Under the pieces are notes generated by a model. It saw nothing but the letters and a program-made list of their open reading frames with translations. It ran no database searches and was not told the origin of the DNA. A stretch of DNA of 32,000 bases, from assembly GCF_000022265.1 (NCBI RefSeq), contig NC_011979.1, forward strand, positions 30,001-62,000. Reading direction: 5' to 3'. The DNA is from Geotalea daltonii FRC-32. Its GTDB lineage: Bacteria; Desulfobacterota; Desulfuromonadia; Geobacterales; Geobacteraceae. A program made the position numbers and the translations under genes. Shown here one piece after another: positions 7,491 to 15,442 of this stretch (position 1 is the stretch's first letter; the number at the start of each line of letters is the position of its first letter).

Positions 7491-7874
7491 ATGGAAACAG
7501 CGATTTTGATCATGGCCCATGGGAGCCGTATTCCCGACGCCAACCAGGCGGTGCATGAAATAGCCGGCATGGTGAAAAAGATGACCGGGTACGACATCGT
7601 CGAGGTCTCATTCCGCGAACAGCATGCCCCGAACATCCAGAAAGGGATCGATGCCTGCGTGGCCAGGGGGGCGGAGCGCATCCTGCTTCTTCCCTATTTT
7701 CTTTACCTGGGAGCCCACGTGTTGGAGGACCTGCCGGCTGAATTGGAGGAGGCCAGGCAGCGCCATCCCCAAGTGGAAATGGCCATGGGCAAACATCTGG
7801 GGGTTCACCACAAGCTGGCCGAGATAGTCGTGGAACGCATCGCCCAATCCCTTACCGAACAGAGGTGGTACTGA
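7491..7874 (+). CDS. cbiX: Small CbiX-type sirohydrochlorin cobaltochelatase
   Basis: Start taken at Met7 of track ORF 7473..7874. The ATG at 7491 is preceded by GGGAG and lies 2 nt after the M16 peptidase stop. 127 aa. ILIMAHGSR...LLLPYFLYLGAHV is typical of CbiX(S). Confidence 0.75.
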   Translation: METAILIMAHGSRIPDANQAVHEIAGMVKKMTGYDIVEVSFREQHAPNIQKGIDACVARGAERILLLPYFLYLGAHVLEDLPAELEEARQRHPQVEMAMGKHLGVHHKLAEIVVERIAQSLTEQRWY

Positions 7875-8515
7875 TGTCCACCCATCTGCGTCCGGAAGAG
7901 ATTGAAGCCGAATCTTTCCGCCTGATCGAGGCTGAGGTCGGCCCCCATTCCTGGTCCTTCGAGGAGTGGCAGGTGGTGCGGCGGGCAATCCATACCAGTG
8001 CCGACTTCGAGTATTCCAGAAACCTGTTCTTTTCGGCGGCAGCCGTCGTGCGTGGCGTTGCAGCGCTTCGTCGCGGGCTCGGCATCGTCACCGATACCAA
8101 CATGGCCCTTGCCGGCATCAATCGGGTAAGAAGGGAGCGATTCGGCAACAGGATTTCCTGTTTTGTCGCCGACGCCCAGGTGGCGCGGGCGGCCCAGGCC
8201 GAGGGAGTAACCCGTTCGATCCTTGCCATGCGCAAAGGGGCAGCCGATCCGGCCAACGGCATCTTCGTCATCGGCAATGCCCCCACCTCTCTTTTCGAAC
8301 TGCTGCGCCTGGTGCGGGAAGAAAATTTCAAACCGGCACTGGTTGTCGGCCTGCCGGTCGGTTTCGTCGGTGCCGCTGAAAGCAAGGAAGCTCTCCTTGC
8401 CCTGGAGGATGATTACCCGGGAATTCCATTCATTACCAACCGGGGGCGCAAGGGTGGGTCCAATGTGGCGGCGGCAGTGGTCAACGCTTTGCTGATAATG
8501 GCAGAGGGGGGTTGA
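7874..8515 (+). CDS. cbiC: Cobalt-precorrin-8 methylmutase
   Basis: Start taken at Met4 of the track ORF. The ATG at 7874 overlaps the cbiX TGA by 1 nt. Motifs IHTSADFEY and VIGNAPTSLFEL. Confidence 0.85.
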   Translation: MSTHLRPEEIEAESFRLIEAEVGPHSWSFEEWQVVRRAIHTSADFEYSRNLFFSAAAVVRGVAALRRGLGIVTDTNMALAGINRVRRERFGNRISCFVADAQVARAAQAEGVTRSILAMRKGAADPANGIFVIGNAPTSLFELLRLVREENFKPALVVGLPVGFVGAAESKEALLALEDDYPGIPFITNRGRKGGSNVAAAVVNALLIMAEGG

Positions 8516-8525
8516 TACTCTGATC

Positions 8526-9614
8526 ATGACGCGCGCCTTCCTCAGATCCGGCTATACTACAGGCGCCTGTGCAGCTGCTGCGGCTAAAGGTGCGGCGGAA
8601 ATGCTGCGTGACGGGCAGGTCATCGACCGGGTGGAAATTATCCTGCCCGGCGGGGAGCTGGTTCCATTCACCCTGCGGAACCAGCAGCTTGGTGACAAAT
8701 TCGCCTCCTGCTCAGTGATAAAAGATGCCGGTGACGATCCGGACATCACCAATGGCGCCGAAATAAACGTTTCGCTCACCATTGAGCCGGCGCCGCCGGG
8801 AACCAAAGGAGAGATTGCCGTTAGCGGCGGGACAGGCATCGGCAAGGTAACCAAGCCGGGACTGGCGGTACCGGTGGGGGAATGGGCCATCAACCCGGTG
8901 CCGCGAAAGATGATCCGGGTTGTCATCAACGAGGTTTTTGCCATCCGCTGCGTTCCTTCCCTGATGAAGGTGACAGTAAGTATCCCCAACGGGGAAGAGC
9001 TGGCGAAAAAGACACTAAATGCCCGTCTGGGCATTATCGGCGGCCTGTCCATCCTGGGGACCACCGGCATCGTCAAACCCATATCGGCCAAGGCCTGGAC
9101 CGATACCATCGATGCTGCCATCGATGTTGCCCTGGCCTGCGGCAGCAAAACCCTGATCCTTTCCACCGGGCGTACCAGCGAGCTGGTCGCGGAACGGCAC
9201 CTGCAGCTGGGAAAACTGACGCAAGAAGAAGCATTCATCATGATGGGGGACCACGTCGGCTATGCACTGAAGACCTGTGCGGCCAAGGGGGTCAGAGAGA
9301 TTGTCATCGCCGGCCAGTTCGCAAAACTCCTCAAGGTGGCCTGCGGTCACGAGCAGACCCACGTCTCCTCCTCGGAGCTTGACCTGCAGCAGCTGGTTTC
9401 ATGGCTTGGCCCTGATCCTCGGACCTCAGGGCTGGTACTCCTTGCCCGGCGGGCCAACACTGCCAGGCAAGTGCTTGAAGAATCCGGTAACGATCCCGTG
9501 CTGATGGCAGCAGTCTGTGAACGGGTTAAAGGTTTTGCTGCAAGGCTGGTTCAGGAATCGTCCATAAAGGTTTTACTGGCGGGCTACGGCCAGGAAGTGT
9601 TATATTTCGGCTGA
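8526..9614 (+). CDS. cbiD: Cobalt-precorrin-5B (C1)-methyltransferase
   Basis: Track ORF. RSGYTTGACAAAAAKGA N-terminus and GTTGIVKPIS motif characteristic of CbiD. Confidence 0.85.
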   Translation: MTRAFLRSGYTTGACAAAAAKGAAEMLRDGQVIDRVEIILPGGELVPFTLRNQQLGDKFASCSVIKDAGDDPDITNGAEINVSLTIEPAPPGTKGEIAVSGGTGIGKVTKPGLAVPVGEWAINPVPRKMIRVVINEVFAIRCVPSLMKVTVSIPNGEELAKKTLNARLGIIGGLSILGTTGIVKPISAKAWTDTIDAAIDVALACGSKTLILSTGRTSELVAERHLQLGKLTQEEAFIMMGDHVGYALKTCAAKGVREIVIAGQFAKLLKVACGHEQTHVSSSELDLQQLVSWLGPDPRTSGLVLLARRANTARQVLEESGNDPVLMAAVCERVKGFAARLVQESSIKVLLAGYGQEVLYFG

Positions 9615-9645
9615 TTTAACGAAGGAAAGTCAGCAAGGGGGGGCT

Positions 9646-10863
9646 ATGCCTCAAAGGGAAAAGATATATCTGATCGGGGCAGGCATCGAAGGGTGGGAAG
9701 GTTTCGGGGCTACGGCGCTGGAGACTATCAACAAGGCGGAAGTACTGATTGGCCATCAGCGGCTCTTGGACATTTTTCCGGACTTCAAAGGGGAAAAGCG
9801 GGTGCTGGAAGACCTCTCCATCATGCTCGAATACCTGAAGACCACGGAAAAGCGGACGGTGGTGCTGGGTTCCGGGGATCCGAACTTTTTCGGCGTGGCC
9901 CGGTTTATCCTGAGAAATCTGCCCAAGGAGCGGATCGAGATCTTCCCCAACGTGACCAGCGTTCAGTATGCCTTTGCCCGCATCAAGGAGCCGTGGGACG
10001 ACGCGGTGTTCATTTCCGTTCATGGCAGAGGGCTGAAGAGTGCCATTGATCGCATCATTGCCTCGGAAAAGGTGGCGGTCCTGACCGATGCCGTCAATTC
10101 CCCCGCGGCCATTGCCCGTGAACTTGCGGCGCGTGGCGCCGAAGGTTTTGAGGCTTGGCTGTGCGAGGATATGGGGCTGCCGGGGGAAAAATTCACCAAA
10201 ACCGATGTGAGAAGCCTGGTCAACATCAGCTGTTCACCGCTGAACATCCTTATCCTCATCAAGGCCTGGGAGCCGACCCTGGAGCATTACCCGCTGATCG
10301 GCATCAGGGATGAGGAATTCGCCACGGCCAAAAAGCTCATCACCAAGGAAGAAGTGAGGGCGGTGACCCTGGCCAAGCTGCGTCTGCAGGATGACCTGGT
10401 CATGTGGGATATCGGCGCCGGCAGCGGCTCGGTCTCCATCGAGGCCTCCAACCTGATGCCCAACGGCAAGATTTTTGCCCTGGAAAAGAATGCCCAGTAC
10501 CTCTCCTTCATCCGCGATAACCTGAAAAAGTTCGTTGCCCGCAATGTCACGCTCATCGAGGCATTTGCTCCCGAAGGGCTGGAGGACCTTCCAGATCCGG
10601 ACCGGGTTTTCATCGGCGGCTCCGGCGGCATGCTGGAAGATATCATCGAGGCGGTGGACCGGCGGCTCAAGCCTGAAGGTCAGATCGTCCTCAATGCCGT
10701 CACCCTCGATACCCTGACCAAGGCGGTGGAATTCCTCGAAGACCACGGCTACAGCGTGGAGATAACCTGCGTCAACATCTCCAGGACCAAGGGGCTGACC
10801 GAGTACAAGATGTTTGAGGCGCATAATCCAGTGTATATCATCGCAGCCACCAAAGACGACTAG
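9646..10863 (+). CDS. cbiET: Cobalt-precorrin-6B/7 C5,C15-methyltransferase/decarboxylase (fused CbiE-CbiT)
   Basis: Track ORF. The N-terminal half is a tetrapyrrole methylase (IYLIGAGIEG, VLGSGDPNFFG). The C-terminal half is a SAM methyltransferase (VMWDIGAGSGSVSIE). Confidence 0.85.
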   Translation: MPQREKIYLIGAGIEGWEGFGATALETINKAEVLIGHQRLLDIFPDFKGEKRVLEDLSIMLEYLKTTEKRTVVLGSGDPNFFGVARFILRNLPKERIEIFPNVTSVQYAFARIKEPWDDAVFISVHGRGLKSAIDRIIASEKVAVLTDAVNSPAAIARELAARGAEGFEAWLCEDMGLPGEKFTKTDVRSLVNISCSPLNILILIKAWEPTLEHYPLIGIRDEEFATAKKLITKEEVRAVTLAKLRLQDDLVMWDIGAGSGSVSIEASNLMPNGKIFALEKNAQYLSFIRDNLKKFVARNVTLIEAFAPEGLEDLPDPDRVFIGGSGGMLEDIIEAVDRRLKPEGQIVLNAVTLDTLTKAVEFLEDHGYSVEITCVNISRTKGLTEYKMFEAHNPVYIIAATKDD

Positions 10864-10867
10864 AAAA

Positions 10868-10988
10868 GCGAATTTGCCTTCAGGCGGATAGCGGCGTTGC
10901 CGCGTCGTCGCTCTCCTCGACGTAGCGCTGCTACGCCTGCGTCAGCTTCTCCTTGCGGCCTTGCTCTCCATCCTGAAATCGAATTCGC
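10868..10988. repeat. 121-bp imperfect palindrome in the cbiET-cbiL gap
   Basis: Outer arms are gcgaatttgccttcagg (10868-10884) and cctgaaatcgaattcgc (10972-10988), 14/17 complementary. A central mini-hairpin cgtagc-gct-gctacg (10921-10935) sits exactly on the same symmetry axis (10928). Confidence 0.7.
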
Positions 10989-11017
10989 AAAAAACAAAAC
11001 CGAAAAACCCAAAAAAT

Positions 11018-11743
11018 ATGCAAAATCCAAAACCAGGAAAAATTTATGCCGTCGGTGTCGGTCCCGGCGATCCGGAGCTGGTTACCCGCAAGGCGGAGCG
11101 AATCATCCGCTCGGTGCCGGTGATCTGCACCCCCACCGGGACTGTGGACGCTTCCAGCTATGCCCTTTCCATTGTCGAAGAATTTATCGACCGTAACCAT
11201 CAGGAGGTGCTGGTCCAGGTCTTCCCAATGAAGAGGGATCAGGAGGGGCTGGATACCTTCTGGGAAAAGGCTGCCGCCCAGGTTGCCGAACGTGTTGCCG
11301 CCGGCAAGGATGTGGCCTTTATAACCATCGGCGATCCCTTTCTCTATTCCACCTTTCTCTACCTCTACCGCATCTTCCGCGATAGGTATCCGCATCTCGA
11401 GATAGAGGTGGTGCCTGGTATTTCCAGCATCAACGCCGCTTCCATTGCCGCTGATCTTCCCCTCGGCATGGCCTCGGACCGCATCGCCATCCTTCCTACT
11501 ACCTACGAGGATGAAGAGCTGCGCCGCACTTTCGAAAATTTCGATACGATCGTCCTGATGAAGGTGAGCCGCGTATTCGACCGTGTTTACGCCCTGCTGC
11601 AGGAGATGGGACTGGAGAAACAGGCTGTTTTCGTCCGCCGTGTCGGTTCGGCAGACGAGGAGGTAGTGACTGAACTGGCCTCCCTGGTGGGACGGAAGCT
11701 GGACTATCTGTCGCTGCTGATCGTCAAAAAAAACCTATGGTGA
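11018..11743 (+). CDS. cbiL: Cobalt-factor II (precorrin-2) C20-methyltransferase
   Basis: Start taken at Met20 of track ORF 10961..11743, which otherwise extends into the palindrome. MQNPKPGKIYAVGVGPGDPELVT is a typical methylase N-terminus. The leader is A-rich with no SD sequence. Confidence 0.8.
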   Translation: MQNPKPGKIYAVGVGPGDPELVTRKAERIIRSVPVICTPTGTVDASSYALSIVEEFIDRNHQEVLVQVFPMKRDQEGLDTFWEKAAAQVAERVAAGKDVAFITIGDPFLYSTFLYLYRIFRDRYPHLEIEVVPGISSINAASIAADLPLGMASDRIAILPTTYEDEELRRTFENFDTIVLMKVSRVFDRVYALLQEMGLEKQAVFVRRVGSADEEVVTELASLVGRKLDYLSLLIVKKNLW

Positions 11744-11756
11744 AGGAATTTCATCA

Positions 11757-12548
11757 GTGAATGCTGCAACGGAAAACAGAATAGCTTTTGTCGGCGCTGG
11801 CCCGGGTGATGCGGAGCTGATCACGGTCAAGGGAGCGCGGCTATTGGGCGAGGCGGAGGTGGTGGTTTATGCCGGCAGTCTGGTGGACCGGGAACTGGTG
11901 CGGACCTATGCAGCCAATGCCCAGGTCTTCGATTCGGCCGGGATGACCCTGGAAGAGACGACGAGCGCCTTGTCCGAGGCGGTCTTTGCCGGAAAGAAGA
12001 CGGTGCGACTGCATACCGGAGACCCATCCATCTATGGAGCCATCCAGGAGCAGATGGTCGAGCTGGACAGGCTCGGCATCGGCTACGAGGTGGTGCCGGG
12101 GGTGACGAGTGCCTTTGCTGCTGCAGCCACCCTGAAACAGGAACTGACCCTGCCGGAGGTGACACAGACGGTGATCATTACCCGTTTGGCAGGCAGAACG
12201 CCGGTGCCGGAGCGGGAGACCCTGGCCCGCACCGCAGGCATCGGCGCCACCATGGTTATCTACCTCTCCGTGGCCATGATCGAACAGGTGGTGGCGGAAC
12301 TGCTTCAGGGCGCATATACGGAGCAGACCCCGGTGGCGGTGGTGGCCAGGGCAACCTGGCCCGATGAGCAGGTAGTGGAAGGGACTCTTGCCGATATTGC
12401 CGCCAGGGTCAAGGAAGCAGGCATCGGCAAACAGGCGCTGATCGTCGTCGGCGATGTGCTCAGTGCCCGACGGGAAGGGCTGAAAGCGAAGTCACTCCTG
12501 TACGATAAGGGTTTCAGCCATGAATTCCGTGACGGGATTGTCGGTTAG
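11757..12548 (+). CDS. cbiF: Cobalt-precorrin-4 C11-methyltransferase
   Basis: Track ORF with a GTG start. IAFVGAGPGDAELITVKG, RLHTGDPSIYGA and VVPGVTS motifs. Confidence 0.85.
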   Translation: MNAATENRIAFVGAGPGDAELITVKGARLLGEAEVVVYAGSLVDRELVRTYAANAQVFDSAGMTLEETTSALSEAVFAGKKTVRLHTGDPSIYGAIQEQMVELDRLGIGYEVVPGVTSAFAAAATLKQELTLPEVTQTVIITRLAGRTPVPERETLARTAGIGATMVIYLSVAMIEQVVAELLQGAYTEQTPVAVVARATWPDEQVVEGTLADIAARVKEAGIGKQALIVVGDVLSARREGLKAKSLLYDKGFSHEFRDGIVG

Positions 12549-13830
12549 GTATGTGGAACGAAGAATTGAAAACAGTGCTCGATTTTGCGGCCGATGGGAT
12601 ATCCACCAGAAATGATATATATCCCATGAATGTGCCATCTGCATTGACGGGCGTAAACGCAGGATTAATTTATCCCGATTCCATCAAGCGTGGTGATGAC
12701 ACAACAAGCAATTTTTCACATCCATAAAATTTCGTTGTCCTGGAATGCATTCGCGAGAGCAGTGAATCCGCGAATTCAAAGCTTCGGTTGCCGCGGCAGA
12801 AGGTAAGAAGCGGGCGATCCTGGAAAAGTATCTGAAGTAATGAAAGGTATCTCCCAAACTTGGGGAATTACCTGTACACATGAGGAAACAATGGCTGGAA
12901 AGATCGATGTGCAAGGCAAGGAAATAACCATCATTTCCCGAGAGCGGGAAGACTACATATCCTTGACCGACATCGCTCGATATCGGAATGCTGCGGAGCC
13001 GTTTGCCGTCATCAATAACTGGATGCGTGGCCGAAGTACGATTGAGCTATTGGGCCTGTGGGAAAAGCTGAGCAACCCTGATTTTAAACCTCTCGAATTC
13101 GAGAGGTTTAAAAATGAAGCCGGAAGTAATTATTTTGTGCTGTCTCCGCAACGGTGGATTGAGGCTACCAATGCCATAGGCCTAGTATCAAAATCTGGCA
13201 GATATGGTGGAACCTTCGCCCATAAAGACATTGCTTTTGAATTTGCTTCCTGGATTTCCGTAGAGTTCAAACTCTACCTCATCAAGGAATTTCAGCGTCT
13301 CAAGGAGGAAGAGGCCCGCTCCAAGACGCTGGAATGGAATCTTCAACGGACCCTTGCCAAGATTAACTATAAAATCCACACAGATGCAATCAAGGATCAC
13401 CTCATTCCCCGACGATTGACCAAAACCCAAATAACCACTATTTATGCAACAGAAGCCGACTTGCTGAATGTGGCATTGTTTGGGATGACTTCCGGCGAAT
13501 GGCGGCAGAACAACCCAAAGCAGACCGGTAATATGCGCGATTATGCTACTCTTGAGCAACTGGTTGTTCTTTCGAATCTTGAAAGTATTAACTCGGTCTT
13601 GATATATCAGGGATTGAGCCAGCAGGAACGGATACGGCAATTGAATGATGCGGCGATCACACAGATGAAGTCTCTGACAGGCAATGTCAATTTAAGGCAG
13701 TTAAAGGAATCGGATAATGGCTTATTGCCGAAGATCGTGGAATAAGAAAATCCATACCAAACATCGCAGGCAAGGCAATATGCATCCGTGAAATCGGTAT
13801 AATCTGTGGATTGATCTTAGTGGTGAACCA
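12549..13830. mobile_element. ~1.3 kb low-G+C insertion splitting cbiF from cbiG (KilA-N gene plus apparent non-coding or gene-remnant DNA). No integrase or transposase is visible.
   Basis: Spot counts of 60-nt lines give about 33-50% G+C here, against about 60-75% in the flanking cob genes. Other cob gene junctions are 0-30 nt. No terminal repeats found. Confidence 0.45.
12891..13745 (+). CDS. KilA-N (ORF6N) domain-containing DNA-binding protein
   Basis: Start taken at Met18 of track ORF 12840..13745. The ATG at 12891 is preceded by GAGGA. ITIISREREDYISLTDIARY...NNWMRGRSTIELLGLWEKLSNPDFKPLEFE...GRYGGTFAHKDIAFEFASWISVEFKLYLIKEFQRLKEEE matches the widespread KilA-N/ORF6N family as I remember it. 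Confidence 0.7.
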   Translation: MAGKIDVQGKEITIISREREDYISLTDIARYRNAAEPFAVINNWMRGRSTIELLGLWEKLSNPDFKPLEFERFKNEAGSNYFVLSPQRWIEATNAIGLVSKSGRYGGTFAHKDIAFEFASWISVEFKLYLIKEFQRLKEEEARSKTLEWNLQRTLAKINYKIHTDAIKDHLIPRRLTKTQITTIYATEADLLNVALFGMTSGEWRQNNPKQTGNMRDYATLEQLVVLSNLESINSVLIYQGLSQQERIRQLNDAAITQMKSLTGNVNLRQLKESDNGLLPKIVE

Positions 13831-14889
13831 ATGCGCATTGCCATTATCGCCATAACCCGCAACGGCGCCAGACTGGGAGCGCAGCTTAGGGATGGTTTTC
13901 CCAGGGCGGACCTGTTTGTTCTGCAGAAATATGCGGGGATGGCCGGCAAAAAGGCAGTTCCCTTTATCGGTGAGCTGAAAGAACTGGTGCGAAGGCTATG
14001 GCCGGAGACCCACGGCTTCATTTTCATCATGGCTACCGGCATTGTCGTGCGCATGATTGCCCCGCTCCTGGAAGCGAAGGACAAGGATCCGGCGGTGGTG
14101 GTCATGGATGATGCCGGTCGCTTTTCCATTCCGATTCTTTCCGGGCACCTGGGGGGCGCCAACGAGCTGGCCTGCAGATGCGCTTTTCTTACCGGTGCGC
14201 GGGAGGTGATCACCACAGCTACCGATGCCAACAATCTCCCTTCCTTTGATATGCTGGCTAAGGAGGAAGGTTGGGTTATAGACGACCTGTCACGGGTCAA
14301 GGTCCTCAACAGCCTGCTTCTGGACGACGCTGAAATAGCGGCTGTCGATGGAACGGGGCGGGTGCGCACCTGGTTCCATGGCCGCTGCAACCTTTCTTTT
14401 CATGATACCTTCATCGAGGCCCTGCAGAGCTCGGCGAAAGGATACCTGTTCGTCACCAACCGGCAACTGCCGCCGCAGGTGCAGTCGGAAAAGCTTCTCA
14501 TTCTCCGTCCCCGAAACCTGGTGCTGGGGATCGGTTGTAACAGCGGAACCAGTGCGGAAGAGATAGGGGCTCTGGTCAGTGCAAACATGAAGCGGCTGTT
14601 CCTGTCCATGAAGAGCCTGAAATGCATCGCCTCCGCCACCGCCAAGCGGGCGGAGCCGGGATTGCTGACATTTGCCGAACGGTTAGGCCTTTCAATCGCA
14701 TTTTACGAGAGTGAAGAACTGAATAGAGTTGCTTCACCGTCCCCCCCCTCCAACCATGCCCTCGCGGCCATAGGTGCGACCGGTGTTGCGGAGCCTGCTG
14801 CCTTGCTTGCTTCCGGAGGGGGAACCATGCTGCTGAAGAAGGTAAAAAGCGGCAACATAACCCTGGCCATAGCGGAATGTCAAAATTGA
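13831..14889 (+). CDS. cbiG: Cobalt-precorrin-5A hydrolase
   Basis: Track ORF. MRIAIIAITRNGARLG N-terminus, ATGIVVRMIAPLL and ILSGHLGGANELA motifs typical of CbiG. 352 aa. Confidence 0.75.
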   Translation: MRIAIIAITRNGARLGAQLRDGFPRADLFVLQKYAGMAGKKAVPFIGELKELVRRLWPETHGFIFIMATGIVVRMIAPLLEAKDKDPAVVVMDDAGRFSIPILSGHLGGANELACRCAFLTGAREVITTATDANNLPSFDMLAKEEGWVIDDLSRVKVLNSLLLDDAEIAAVDGTGRVRTWFHGRCNLSFHDTFIEALQSSAKGYLFVTNRQLPPQVQSEKLLILRPRNLVLGIGCNSGTSAEEIGALVSANMKRLFLSMKSLKCIASATAKRAEPGLLTFAERLGLSIAFYESEELNRVASPSPPSNHALAAIGATGVAEPAALLASGGGTMLLKKVKSGNITLAIAECQN

Positions 14890-14908
14890 TGAAGCAATGG
14901 AGGCCATT

Positions 14909-15436
14909 ATGAGACTGTCAGTGAAGACGATAGTTAGTTGCACCCTGGTTCTGGCATTTCTTGCTGCCAGCGCCCTGGCCAATGATCTTGCCTTTGAGGA
15001 AAGGGAACCTGACGGTTTCCGGGGTATCGCTTGGGGAGCACCGGTCTATGAGGTGGAAGGGCTGGAATTCAGCAAGGAAGGGACGGCAGCCCTGCGGGAG
15101 CTGTACACGCGTACCAACAAACAGGCTGCTGCACAGGTCACCGTCTATTCCCGCCCGGACGATCAGCTGAAGATCGGCGAGGCCACCGTAACCAGGATCT
15201 ACTACTATTTCTACAAGGATCTTTTCTACGGCGCCACCGCCTATTTCGCCGGCAAAGATAATTACAACAAGCTTCTGGCCGCCTGCCGGAAAAAGTTCGG
15301 CGAACCTGCCTTGATGGAGAATGACCGGGCGGAATGGAAAGGCAGCCAGGCTAGCGTTCTTCTGTTACCGACAGGGGTCCTCTCAATCGATTCGGAAGAG
15401 ATCAAGGCGCAAATGGAAGAACCGGAGGGTTTTTAG
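14909..15436 (+). CDS. Secreted hypothetical protein embedded in the cob operon
   Basis: Start taken at Met5 of track ORF 14897..15436. The ATG at 14909 lies 5 nt after GGAGG. Signal peptide: MRLSVKTIVSCTLVLAFLAASALA. No recognisable domain. Confidence 0.55.
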   Translation: MRLSVKTIVSCTLVLAFLAASALANDLAFEEREPDGFRGIAWGAPVYEVEGLEFSKEGTAALRELYTRTNKQAAAQVTVYSRPDDQLKIGEATVTRIYYYFYKDLFYGATAYFAGKDNYNKLLAACRKKFGEPALMENDRAEWKGSQASVLLLPTGVLSIDSEEIKAQMEEPEGF

Positions 15437-15442
15437 CAAGCA

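Noticed and set aside
7805-8527. 240-aa minus-strand ORF (also 7852..8385 and 8552..9241)
   Set aside because: Antisense shadows of cbiC and cbiD in GC-rich coding DNA. They are Arg/Gly/Pro-rich with no start context.
10864-11017. Cobalamin riboswitch in the cbiET-cbiL gap
   Set aside because: I could not find a B12-box-like core (for example GCCACUG or AGYCMGGNGACC-type) or the usual multi-stem layout. The region is a simple symmetric palindrome. An Infernal scan is still needed to be sure.
10961-11017. N-terminal extension of cbiL. Similar extensions occur in the track ORFs at 3122-3178, 4335-4439, 4719-4751, 6169-6189, 7473-7490, 12840-12890, 21417-21443, 23094-23213, 24267-24299 and 28026-28055.
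   Set aside because: In each case a downstream ATG better fits a family-typical N-terminus or signal peptide. In most cases it also has a good RBS, although cbiL does not. The extension overlaps an upstream gene or an intergenic structure.
12551-12840. 58-codon ORF (MWNEELKTVLDFAADGISTRND...) and a start-less frame ending ...EGKKRAILEKYLK upstream of the KilA-N gene
   Set aside because: No RBS and no recognisable family. These are possibly decayed gene fragments of the inserted DNA, but I cannot support them as genes without a BLASTX search.
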